From Pseudomonadota bacterium (GTDB lineage: Bacteria > Bdellovibrionota_B > Oligoflexia > Oligoflexales > CAIYRB01): a DNA stretch of 40,056 nt. Where the stretch lies: contig JANOTL010000118.1 of the NCBI GenBank assembly GCA_031416315.1, forward strand, positions 1-40,056, read 5' to 3'. The notes under the pieces were generated by a model. That model saw only the letters and a program-made list of their open reading frames with translations. It made no database searches and had not been told where the DNA came from. This document shows positions 26,169-34,951 of the stretch, in pieces. Position 1 is the stretch's first letter. Each line of letters starts with the position of its first letter. Both the position numbers and the translations under genes were made by a program.

Positions 26169-26867
26169 TCAGAATCCGACCACGCCGCCGAATAGGACGG
26201 CGGCGCTGTCGAAGCTGCCATCTGTCCGGTCCTCGAGCTCGACCGTACCGTCGATGACGCGGGTGTCGGTTGCCATCTTCTCGAGACCAAAGTCTACCTC
26301 AGCCGTCGCCGCCGCGGCGATGCCTCCGGCGGATTTCGGCGTCAAAAACTCGATCGCACAGCCGCCGCCGAAGTGCGCGCCCGAGGACGCGAAGCGCTTG
26401 TCTTTGCTCTCATTCACGGCTTCGCTGTAGAGAAACGCCGCGGGAACCGCGTCGCCGCCCCAGTTCACAGAGCCCTCACCCTCGTAACGCCCCAGGCGGT
26501 ACCCGAGCTTCAGAAAAGGAGTGAAGCGACCGAGGCCGATTTCTCCTTTAATATCTGGACCATAACTCATCCCCGAGAAGGCCTCGAGACCGGTGCCGAG
26601 GTCGCCGCGCATCGACTGGAAGGCGAGCGAGGCGCCGACCTTCAGCGCGATGCCGGAGCTCGGGACCCACCCGGTCGGCAACGTGAGAAGCGCGTCGCTC
26701 GTCACCTGCGTCGAGATCTCGGTCAGCGTCATGTCGTGCGCGCCCGGCGCGATCTCGAAGCCGGCCGTGCGGGTGCCGAAGGTGACCGCCGCCGTGCCGA
26801 CGGCCAAAGCCGAGGAACCGATCCCCATCGCGGCACAGATCAGGGGGACGGAAAGCGCGCGCATCAT
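26169..26867 (-). CDS. Small outer-membrane beta-barrel protein
   Basis: Signal peptide, alternating beta-strands (FTPFLKLGYRLG, HFGGGCAIEF) and terminal Phe (GVVGF). Confidence 0.7.
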   Translation of the reverse strand: MMRALSVPLICAAMGIGSSALAVGTAAVTFGTRTAGFEIAPGAHDMTLTEISTQVTSDALLTLPTGWVPSSGIALKVGASLAFQSMRGDLGTGLEAFSGMSYGPDIKGEIGLGRFTPFLKLGYRLGRYEGEGSVNWGGDAVPAAFLYSEAVNESKDKRFASSGAHFGGGCAIEFLTPKSAGGIAAAATAEVDFGLEKMATDTRVIDGTVELEDRTDGSFDSAAVLFGGVVGF

Positions 26868-29473
26868 TGCACCGTCCCGAGGAATTCGACCACGCCCAAG
26901 CCCGTCGCCGCGAGGTTCGGCGTCGCGGTGACCTTCCAGCTGGTGCCGGCGGCGCCTTCGGTCGGCCGGAAAATGACGCCGGCCTTGCCTTCCGCGTCGG
27001 TCAGCACCTCGACCGAGGTCGCCGCCGTGCTGGTGCCGTCGGCCTTGCGCACGGTGCCTTTCGCGGTCGCGGTCGGAAAGACGGCGAAGACGATCGAGAC
27101 GCCCTGCTGGCGGAGCGGGTTGCCGTCCTGGTCCTTCATCTGCACGAAATAGGGGCTCAGATCGGTGGCGAGCGGACCGTTCTGCGCGTCGCCGGTCTTG
27201 TCGAGAGTCTTGGCGACCGCCTTGACGCGGCCCGTGAACGACGCTTGGGTCAAGCCTTCGCTCGTCGCCTTGACTTCGTACATCGCGCCGACGGCGCCGC
27301 TGATCAGGCGGAAGACGGCGCGCGCCTTGCCCGTGGCGTCGGTGACGGTCGGAAAGATGACCGCCGTGCCCGGGCCGGCCGAGCCGCTGGTGCGCAAGGT
27401 GCCTTGGCCCGCGGTGACGACCTGAAAGGTGACGGCCTTGCCCGCGAGCGCGAGGTCGCCGTTCTGCTGATCCTTGAGCTGCACGACCATTTCGACGTCA
27501 TTCATGCCGTCGCGGGGCCCAAGCTCGAGGCCGTTGCCGCTGAACTGCGAAAGCTTCGAGGCGACCGGCGTCGCGGTGGCAGTGAGCGTCTCGGTGTAGC
27601 TGAAGCTTTTGATCGTCAGCGCCTGCGCGCCGTTGCGCGAGCCCAAGGTCCAAACTACGGCGGCTTTGCCGGTCGAGGCGTCGGTGGCGAGATCAAGCGT
27701 CGGCGAGCCCGGCGCCGCGGCGCCGAATTTGCGGACAGCGCCGCCGACGAGCGGATCGACGGCGAATTGCACGTTGAGGCCGGCGTGGTAAGGCTCGCCG
27801 TTCTGGTCGACGACCTGCACCTCGATGGGCTCGACGAGATCCGCGCTCGCCGGGCCGGTGAGGGTCCCGGTGCCGCCGCGCGTGACGATGAGGTCGGTGA
27901 GGACCGGCGTCGCGGTGGCGGCGTATACGACCGTCTGCACGCCGATGCCTGAGATCGAGAGCTGCTGCTGGCCGTTGACGTTGCCCAGGCGCCAGAGCGC
28001 CTTCGCTAAACCGGTGCCATCGGTATAGACGCTGATGCGCTCCGCGCCTCCGGCGCCGCGGGTACGGTCGAAGCCGCGCACGTCGCCGTTGCCGCTCGTC
28101 ACCGTGAAGACGACCTCGAAGGCTTGCTTGTACGGCTTGCCGAATTGGTCGAGGACGCGCACTTGGACCGGCTCGACGAGGTCTCCGTTCGCCGGACCGG
28201 TCTGACCGTTGCCCGAGTCGGCGGGGACGCCGAGGGCGGTCGCGACCTGCGGCGGCGTGACGCCGCCGAACACCTCGACGGCGAGGTCGTTGTACATGCG
28301 GGCGTCGGCGGTGCCCGGGCTCGCTTTGGCGCGGATCGCGAGGCCGGAGTAAGAGACGACGAGACCGCCTTCGGTCTTCTGGTCGGGCTCGACCTCGTAC
28401 TTCGGCAGCATGCGGACGACATTGCCGACGATGGAGATCTCGACTTGGTCGGGCTTCAAGTTGCCGGGGACGTCGGGGACGAGAGTGGCGCCGTTGGCGT
28501 TCGCGAGCGCGGCGACGAGGTTATCCTCGGTGCCCGGGACCATCTCGACATCACGGTTGAAGTAGAGAATGAGCTCGCCGTTCGGCACGAAGTCGAGGTC
28601 GTCCATGTTGGACGAGACGACGTCGAGGCGCGGCAGCGGGTTCTTCAAGTCGACGTGCTTGACGTAAGGGTGTTGGACGTCGGTCATCGACAATAAGCCG
28701 ATGTTGATCGTGCCCGTGGCGATCGTCTCCTTGACGTCGGTCGTGGCCGGGATCACGCGGTAGCTCATCTCAGCGCCGAGCACGAGCTCCGCAGCCTTGA
28801 AGATGACGCTGCCGAGCTCGTCGGTCTTCCCGGTGAGCGGCTTGGCGCTGATGTTGCGCGGCATGAGGAAGAGGTCGGCGTCGACGAGGTTCAACGTGTT
28901 GTCGCCGCTCGAAGTCAGGATGACCGTCGCGTCTTTTTGCGGCAGGCCGCTCTTCGTGACCAGGAATTGAAAGTCGGTCGTCTGCACGCCGACCGGATAA
29001 AGGCGAAGGTTGACGGTCGAGACAGGCACGAGCTTGGCGACGTCAGCGAGCGCCTTCTCCGACTTCGACGCCTCGGTCGAGCTGATTTGGACCATGCCTT
29101 CGAGGCGCTGATAGCCGGGAAGGTTGATGACGATCGGATAGCGCTCGTCGAGCGGGATGTCGCAAATCGTATAACGGCCGCTCATGTCGCGGCCCTCTTC
29201 GACGGCCGCCGCGGCGGTCGTCTGCGCCAGCGTCGTGTCGCCGACGAGGACGCGCACGCCTTCGCCCTTGGCGAGCGCGGTGCCGCCGAGGTGGACCGTC
29301 TCGCCGGTGAGGCCGTTGACGGCGACGCCTTGGATGCAGCCGAGGTTCCTCGCGAGGCCCGTCTCGGGATCGCTGAGGGAGCCTTTGCTTGAGAGCTGGC
29401 CGCAGGCGGCGACGGCCGCGAGACCGGCCAGGAGGCCAAAGCTGGCTAAAAGCTTCCGACTCTTCGTGGACAT
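26864..29473 (-). CDS. Surface lipoprotein with four invasin/intimin-type (Big_1-like) Ig domains
   Basis: Lipobox VAAC; four repeats of G(N/D)xQxG..V.V.DQ.G.P...V.F.V...TD..G.A. Confidence 0.82.
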   Translation of the reverse strand: MSTKSRKLLASFGLLAGLAAVAACGQLSSKGSLSDPETGLARNLGCIQGVAVNGLTGETVHLGGTALAKGEGVRVLVGDTTLAQTTAAAAVEEGRDMSGRYTICDIPLDERYPIVINLPGYQRLEGMVQISSTEASKSEKALADVAKLVPVSTVNLRLYPVGVQTTDFQFLVTKSGLPQKDATVILTSSGDNTLNLVDADLFLMPRNISAKPLTGKTDELGSVIFKAAELVLGAEMSYRVIPATTDVKETIATGTINIGLLSMTDVQHPYVKHVDLKNPLPRLDVVSSNMDDLDFVPNGELILYFNRDVEMVPGTEDNLVAALANANGATLVPDVPGNLKPDQVEISIVGNVVRMLPKYEVEPDQKTEGGLVVSYSGLAIRAKASPGTADARMYNDLAVEVFGGVTPPQVATALGVPADSGNGQTGPANGDLVEPVQVRVLDQFGKPYKQAFEVVFTVTSGNGDVRGFDRTRGAGGAERISVYTDGTGLAKALWRLGNVNGQQQLSISGIGVQTVVYAATATPVLTDLIVTRGGTGTLTGPASADLVEPIEVQVVDQNGEPYHAGLNVQFAVDPLVGGAVRKFGAAAPGSPTLDLATDASTGKAAVVWTLGSRNGAQALTIKSFSYTETLTATATPVASKLSQFSGNGLELGPRDGMNDVEMVVQLKDQQNGDLALAGKAVTFQVVTAGQGTLRTSGSAGPGTAVIFPTVTDATGKARAVFRLISGAVGAMYEVKATSEGLTQASFTGRVKAVAKTLDKTGDAQNGPLATDLSPYFVQMKDQDGNPLRQQGVSIVFAVFPTATAKGTVRKADGTSTAATSVEVLTDAEGKAGVIFRPTEGAAGTSWKVTATPNLAATGLGVVEFLGTVQ

Positions 29474-29617
29474 GAAGGGTGCTCCGCTGTGGTGATTTAT
29501 GAGAAGAGCCTAGCCAAAGCTGCCTGGTCGTGCACGCGAAAAGTTCGGGAAGTCCACGAGATCACAGACCCTTACGGACCACTTCCCGAACGCCCCCGAA
29601 CGCTTTTTCGCAGGGGC

Positions 29618-29644
29618 TCAAGTTTGGGGGGAGGGTGCCGATCT
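29618..29644 (+). promoter_or_regulatory. sigma28 (FliA)-type promoter
   Basis: TCAAGTTT-N11-GCCGATCT, 35 nt upstream of GTG 29680. Confidence 0.68.
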
Positions 29645-29679
29645 AATCCTCAAGTCCTCGGGACCTTAGGGAGAAACTG

Positions 29680-32600
29680 GTGAAAGGGCGCGGCCTCACC
29701 AAATCGATCGCGACGCTCGCGGGGCTCAGCCTCGCTTTGAGCGCGTGCTTGAACGGCGCGCCGCAGGACAAGGACGAGAAGAAGGAGGAAGCGAGCGCGC
29801 CACTCGGCGCCGGCGGCCGCGTCCGCGGCGTCACGACCTTCTCGCCGTCGTCGACCCAGAGCTCGACCGCCCTCTTCGTACCGGGAACGGACACCGTGCT
29901 CTCCCTATGGAAGGCGCAGCTGACGTTCTTCGGAACGAGCTACGACGCGAGCGCTGCGCTGGCCTTGACGCTCGTCCCAGGGACGATCGTATCGAACCCG
30001 GATCTGGTGCCTTTGTCGCCGCTCCTGGCGTTTCGAGCCACCGATGAAGGCGCCGCGACGCTGACGCGCGCAGACGTCGCGACGCAGCTCAAGGTCGAGA
30101 CGATTCTCGACCGCAAGATCGACCCCGAAGACGTCGTCGCCCTGATCATCCTCGGCCGCGGCACGGCGACCGAAGAACGCTATGCGCTCTTGCCCTCGGA
30201 TTTGAGCATCGTCGAGCGAGCCGACGGCTCGAGCCTGGTCACCTTCTCGACGCGAGACGCCGACTTCGCTTACGCGGTTGCGGCCTCCACCGGCGGCCGC
30301 GTGCCGGCGACGTATTCGCCTTATCCGAACGTGCCGCCCGACAACGCCGAGTTCGCGGCGAACGGCAGCGAGGTCTCGGACGCGCCGGCTGAGGCGCGCC
30401 TGACTTGGACGCCTTCCGAGGGCTCGCGCGTCGGCTACCTGCTCGCCGTGGCGTACGACGGCGATGTGCCGCCTGAAGGCTGCACCGGCGGCACGGTGCT
30501 CCCCGCCGCCGAGATCGTCGAGACGCGGACGACGTTCCCGATCAAGGCTTCGAGCGACACATATTTTGCGCGCGCCCTCGAGGACGGCAAGCTGGCGACC
30601 TTCCGGCTCTGCTCTTTGAACGCGCGGACTCCGGCCGACGCCTCGCCGGGGATCACGGCGAGCCTCCAGCTCCCGGCGCGCGCCTTGGCGACTTTGGCCG
30701 GATCACCGGCGAACCCCGCGAACGCAGCCGCACTGTCGGTCGTCGTGGCCGGCGACGACGTCACACACTACAAGTACGCGCTCCTCGGTGAAGAGGCCGC
30801 CGCGAGCCCCACGGGCTGCGCCGACGCGAGCTACTCCGCGGACTGGATTGCCGTCGCGACGTGGATCACGGACGCGTTGACAGAGGGAGCGCATAGATTG
30901 TGCGTCGTCGGCAAGATCTCGGCCACCAACGCCCAGCTCGCGAGCGGGGCGACGGAGATCGGCTTCACGATCGATCACACCGCGCCTGAAGCTTTCACGA
31001 TCGCGGCGGCGACGACGCCGACGAACGACACGACGCCCGCCTTTAGTTGGTCGGCCTCGATCGGCGCCGCGACCTACGACGTCTCGATCGCCACGGACGC
31101 GGCCTGCGCCGTGAGAGTGCAAAGCGAGAATCAAGCGCTCTTGACCTACACCGCAACAACGCTCGCAGACGGTGACTACTGGCTGTGCGTGACGGCGCTC
31201 GATGCGGCGACGAACGAGACGCCGGCGACGAACACGTCTTGGCCGTTCGAGGTGGATACGCAACCGCCGACGTTCACGTCATTGGCGCTGGCAAACGCAG
31301 CGGCAGATACTTATCTGACTCTGGCGGAGCATGCCGCTTCGACGGCCTTGGTCGGAACTCTGACGGCCGCGGAGTATGCGCTGGCGGAGTACGATCTCGT
31401 GGCGGCGACGACGGCTTGCGACGTTGCGCTCACTTACGGCGCCATACCGATGAGCGACGACGCCGGCTTTGACGCCGACGGACTTTACAAGGTCTGCGTC
31501 GAGCTGACCGACGACGCCGGAAACGTGACGTACGGGGCGAGCGCGACGATGACGCTCGACACGGTGGTGCCAGCGTTCACGTCGTTGACCGGGGCCACCT
31601 CGGCCGTCGACGGGTTCCTGAACATCGTGGAGCACGCGGCGAGCACGGACCTCGTGACCGCCGTCGTCGGCTCCGGCCACGACGCCGCGGATTACGCCGT
31701 CGTCGCGAATGCGACGGCTTGCTCCGGAGTCGGCACCTGGGGAGCCTTGCCGCGTTCGGACGCCGCGGCCTTCGTCGTCAGCGAGGCGAGCTACAAAGTT
31801 TGCGTGCGGCTTACCGACTTGGCGGGCAACCCCGCGGCCTACGGCGCCTCGTTGGCCATCGTCTACGACGTGACGCCGCCGACCCTGACGTCGCTCACCA
31901 ACGCGAACGACGCGCTCGACGGCTTTTTGAACCTCGCCGAGCGCACCTTTACGGGCGTCGTCGGGACGGCCGTGGCCGGCGGGTCGGCCGCGGAAACCTT
32001 CGCCCTGGTGCCGGCGGCGACGGCGTGCACGAGCGGCTTGCCTTACGGCGCCATGCCTACGAGCGACAGCACGACGTTCGGCGCGGACGGCGTCTACAAG
32101 GTTTGCGCCCGCCTCGTCGATACGGCCGGCAACCCGACCTACGCATCGGACGCGACCTTCGTCCTTGACACCCTGGTGCCCGGCTTCACATCGCTGGCGC
32201 GGGCGAACGCGGCGGCCGACGGTTTCGTCAGCATCGCCGATCACCTGCTGACGACGGACCTCGCCGGAAGCGTAAGCGGCACCGGCTACGATACCGCGGC
32301 CTACTCGCTCGAAGAGTTTGCGACCGCATGCAGCGGCGTCGCCGTGTTCGCCGCCATGCCGAAAGCGGACGACCCGCGTTTCGCGGTGAGCGAGTCCGAC
32401 TACAAAGTCTGCGTGAGGCTGAGCGACGCCGCGGGGAATCCGCCGGCGTTCGGCCCGACGAGCGCGATCACGTACGACGTGACGCCGCCGACCCTCACGT
32501 CTTTGGACAACGCCGATGAAGCGGCCGACGGCTACCTGAATCTGGCCGAGCGCGTCGCGACGGGTGATCTCGGCGCCGCGGTCTCCGCCGGCTCGGTCGC

Positions 32601-34116
32601 TGACGCCTTCGTGCTCGTGCCGAGCGCGACGGCGTGCACCAATCTCCTGACCTACGGCGCCATGCCGAAGAGCGACAGCACCGCTTTCGTCGGCGACGGC
32701 GCCTACAAGGTCTGCGCCTCGCTCGTCGACGCGGCGGGGAACCCGACCTACGACTCGGACGCGACCTTCTTCCTCGACACGCAGGCGCCGTCGGCCTTCA
32801 CGATCACGGCGCCCGCGACCAACGATCACACGCCGACCGTTACCTGGACTGATCCGACGGACGCGACGGATTACGACGTCGCGCTCGACGATTCAAGCGG
32901 CTGCGGCACGGCTCTGCAAAATTACTCCGGCGTCGTGACGCTGTCGCAGACGATGACGACCTTGGGAGACGCGACGTACTACGTATGCGTCTCGGCGCTG
33001 GACGCGGCGGGCAACGCCACACCCGCGACCAATACCAATTTGAGCTTCGCGCTGACGACCGGCACCTGGACGGCGACCGACACGATCGCGGCGCCGACGG
33101 CGCGCTCCGGCGCCCGCGCGGTGTGGGCCGGCGACCGCATGATCGTCTGGGGCGGCTACTCCGGCGCGGCTTACCTCGCGGCTGGCGCAGAGTATGCGCC
33201 GGCCGGCGACGTCTGGACGCCCGTCGAGGTGACGAACGAGCCGTCTTTGCGCGGCCACCACGTCGCGGTGTGGACGGGCGCGGCGATGTTCGTGTGGGGC
33301 GGCTCGGACGGCGCCGTGCTCGGCGACGGCGGCATGTACGATCCGGCGGCTCTGGCCGGCAGCAAATGGAGCGCGGTCGCCGGCGGCGGGCCGAGCGCGC
33401 GGCGCGAGGCGGCGGCGGTATGGTCGGGAACGACGGTGCTGGTCTTTGGCGGCCACGACGGCACGACTCCCGTCGCCACCGGCGGCGTTTACGATCCGAC
33501 GGGGCTCGGCACGTGGTCGACGCTCGACGTGACCGGCGGCCAAGCGCCCGCAGCGCGCGAGTCGGCCGGCGGCGTTTGGACGGGCGCCAAGATGATCGTC
33601 TGGGGCGGCAAGAACGGCACGGGCGTGAACACCGGCTCGATTTATGACCCGACGCAGGCCGTGGGCAGTCGGTGGACGACGATCACGACGACGGACGCGC
33701 CGAGCGGCCGCTGGGGCCACTCGATGATCTGGACGGGCACGCGCCTCATCGTCTTCGGCGGCACCGGGAACGGCACGAACCGGCTCGCCGACGGCGGCAT
33801 CTACGATCCGGCAATGGACGACTGGGAGCCGCTCTCCACGACCGAGGGACCGACGGCGCGCATGGATCACGTGGCGAGCTGGGATGGGACGCGGATGTAC
33901 GTGTTCGGCGGCCATGACGGGACAACGGCGGTGGCGGGCGGCGGCGCGTATCGGCCGGCGTCCGGGGCCTGGACGGTGCCGCGGCTGCAGCTCACCGGCG
34001 CGCCGGGCGCGAGATTCGGGGCGGCCTGCGTGTGGACGGGAACGCAGATGCTCGTTTGGGGCGGGGACACCGGGAGTGGCAAGGTCAACAGCGGCGGGCG
34101 CTTTACGCCGCCTTGA
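29680..34116 (+). CDS. 1478-aa lipoprotein adhesin-like protein: tandem Cys-paired Ig-like repeats and C-terminal Kelch propeller
   Basis: GGAG RBS; lipobox LSAC; DxxGN/DTxxP Ig repeats; six Kelch-like units (VWTG..MIVWGG...YDP...W). Confidence 0.88.
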   Translation: MKGRGLTKSIATLAGLSLALSACLNGAPQDKDEKKEEASAPLGAGGRVRGVTTFSPSSTQSSTALFVPGTDTVLSLWKAQLTFFGTSYDASAALALTLVPGTIVSNPDLVPLSPLLAFRATDEGAATLTRADVATQLKVETILDRKIDPEDVVALIILGRGTATEERYALLPSDLSIVERADGSSLVTFSTRDADFAYAVAASTGGRVPATYSPYPNVPPDNAEFAANGSEVSDAPAEARLTWTPSEGSRVGYLLAVAYDGDVPPEGCTGGTVLPAAEIVETRTTFPIKASSDTYFARALEDGKLATFRLCSLNARTPADASPGITASLQLPARALATLAGSPANPANAAALSVVVAGDDVTHYKYALLGEEAAASPTGCADASYSADWIAVATWITDALTEGAHRLCVVGKISATNAQLASGATEIGFTIDHTAPEAFTIAAATTPTNDTTPAFSWSASIGAATYDVSIATDAACAVRVQSENQALLTYTATTLADGDYWLCVTALDAATNETPATNTSWPFEVDTQPPTFTSLALANAAADTYLTLAEHAASTALVGTLTAAEYALAEYDLVAATTACDVALTYGAIPMSDDAGFDADGLYKVCVELTDDAGNVTYGASATMTLDTVVPAFTSLTGATSAVDGFLNIVEHAASTDLVTAVVGSGHDAADYAVVANATACSGVGTWGALPRSDAAAFVVSEASYKVCVRLTDLAGNPAAYGASLAIVYDVTPPTLTSLTNANDALDGFLNLAERTFTGVVGTAVAGGSAAETFALVPAATACTSGLPYGAMPTSDSTTFGADGVYKVCARLVDTAGNPTYASDATFVLDTLVPGFTSLARANAAADGFVSIADHLLTTDLAGSVSGTGYDTAAYSLEEFATACSGVAVFAAMPKADDPRFAVSESDYKVCVRLSDAAGNPPAFGPTSAITYDVTPPTLTSLDNADEAADGYLNLAERVATGDLGAAVSAGSVADAFVLVPSATACTNLLTYGAMPKSDSTAFVGDGAYKVCASLVDAAGNPTYDSDATFFLDTQAPSAFTITAPATNDHTPTVTWTDPTDATDYDVALDDSSGCGTALQNYSGVVTLSQTMTTLGDATYYVCVSALDAAGNATPATNTNLSFALTTGTWTATDTIAAPTARSGARAVWAGDRMIVWGGYSGAAYLAAGAEYAPAGDVWTPVEVTNEPSLRGHHVAVWTGAAMFVWGGSDGAVLGDGGMYDPAALAGSKWSAVAGGGPSARREAAAVWSGTTVLVFGGHDGTTPVATGGVYDPTGLGTWSTLDVTGGQAPAARESAGGVWTGAKMIVWGGKNGTGVNTGSIYDPTQAVGSRWTTITTTDAPSGRWGHSMIWTGTRLIVFGGTGNGTNRLADGGIYDPAMDDWEPLSTTEGPTARMDHVASWDGTRMYVFGGHDGTTAVAGGGAYRPASGAWTVPRLQLTGAPGARFGAACVWTGTQMLVWGGDTGSGKVNSGGRFTPP
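31255..32780 (+). repeat. Five tandem ~100-aa Ig-like repeats
   Basis: Each unit: P.(F/L)TSL..A..A.D..L...AC......P......YKVC..L.D.AGN. Confidence 0.88.
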
Positions 34117-34875
34117 TCACTCGTCGGCCCAGGCATCCTCCGGGAACGGCGCGCGCCCGCGGCGGGGCATGATCCACATTTGATAGAGCGACGTCACGAT
34201 CATGAAGGCGGCCGCGGCATTGTAGGCGGCGCCGCCGAGGATGGTGAAGTAGGCGGCGCCGGGAAACCATTTGGTCGCCCACCAGGCGCCGATATCGACG
34301 ACGAGGAAGAGGAACGGCGAGGCGATGGCGGCGGTCTTGACGATCTTCGGCACGCGGATCGCGAGCGTGAAGATGCCGCAGACGAAGAAAAAGATGAAGG
34401 CGATGCCGAAGAGGTGGATGTGCGAGACGCGCGTCAGGCCGTCGACCGTTTTGCCTTCGTCAAACTTGGTGAAGGGCTTGAGCTTGTCGTAGGTCGAGAA
34501 GTCGGCCAGGCCGGGAATGGCGCCACCGTGGCACTTCAGGCAGTTGTCGGCGACGACGGGCGCGACGCTGGCATCATAGTCGGGCTCTGTCGCGCCGCCG
34601 CGCACCCATTTGATGATGGTCGCCCGCTCCTGCTCGTCGGCATTGTCCTTCATCGTGCCGTTCAGCATCGTCTCGAGCCGGCTGTTGCCGCGGTTGCCGT
34701 AGTAGCTGAAGACGATGTCGTCGACCGACAAGCCGAGCCGGCCGTCCGCCATGCCGTGCGTGAGCAGAATCTGCGCGCCCGCCATCGACAGGCCGACGGA
34801 TACGACCAGAAGGTACCCGGTGAATAGGGCGCGCAGCGACGGGCCGAGGCTCGGGAGGTTTAGGGGGCGCGACAT
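34117..34875 (-). CDS. Membrane protein with monoheme cytochrome c domain and about 4 TM helices
   Basis: TM1, periplasmic CLKCH, then SHIHLFG and three TM helices. Start is ATG 34875 or 34884. Confidence 0.8.
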   Translation of the reverse strand: MSRPLNLPSLGPSLRALFTGYLLVVSVGLSMAGAQILLTHGMADGRLGLSVDDIVFSYYGNRGNSRLETMLNGTMKDNADEQERATIIKWVRGGATEPDYDASVAPVVADNCLKCHGGAIPGLADFSTYDKLKPFTKFDEGKTVDGLTRVSHIHLFGIAFIFFFVCGIFTLAIRVPKIVKTAAIASPFLFLVVDIGAWWATKWFPGAAYFTILGGAAYNAAAAFMIVTSLYQMWIMPRRGRAPFPEDAWADE

Positions 34876-34917
34876 GCTCCACAAATATCACGTTTTGGTG
34901 CCGCGATAAACTGAGTC

Positions 34918-34950
34918 GATCCGCGCACGATCTTCGGGTCTGCACGGATC
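34918..34950. terminator. Hairpin immediately after the TraB/GumN stop
   Basis: GATCCGCGCAC-GATC-TTCG-GGTC-TGCACGGATC, an imperfect long stem with a weak U tract. Confidence 0.4.
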
Positions 34951-34951
34951 C

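Noticed and set aside
31255..32780. DGR-like or recombinational cassette repeats
   Set aside because: Repeats are diverged protein domains without adenine-specific differences; no reverse transcriptase or recombinase in the window.
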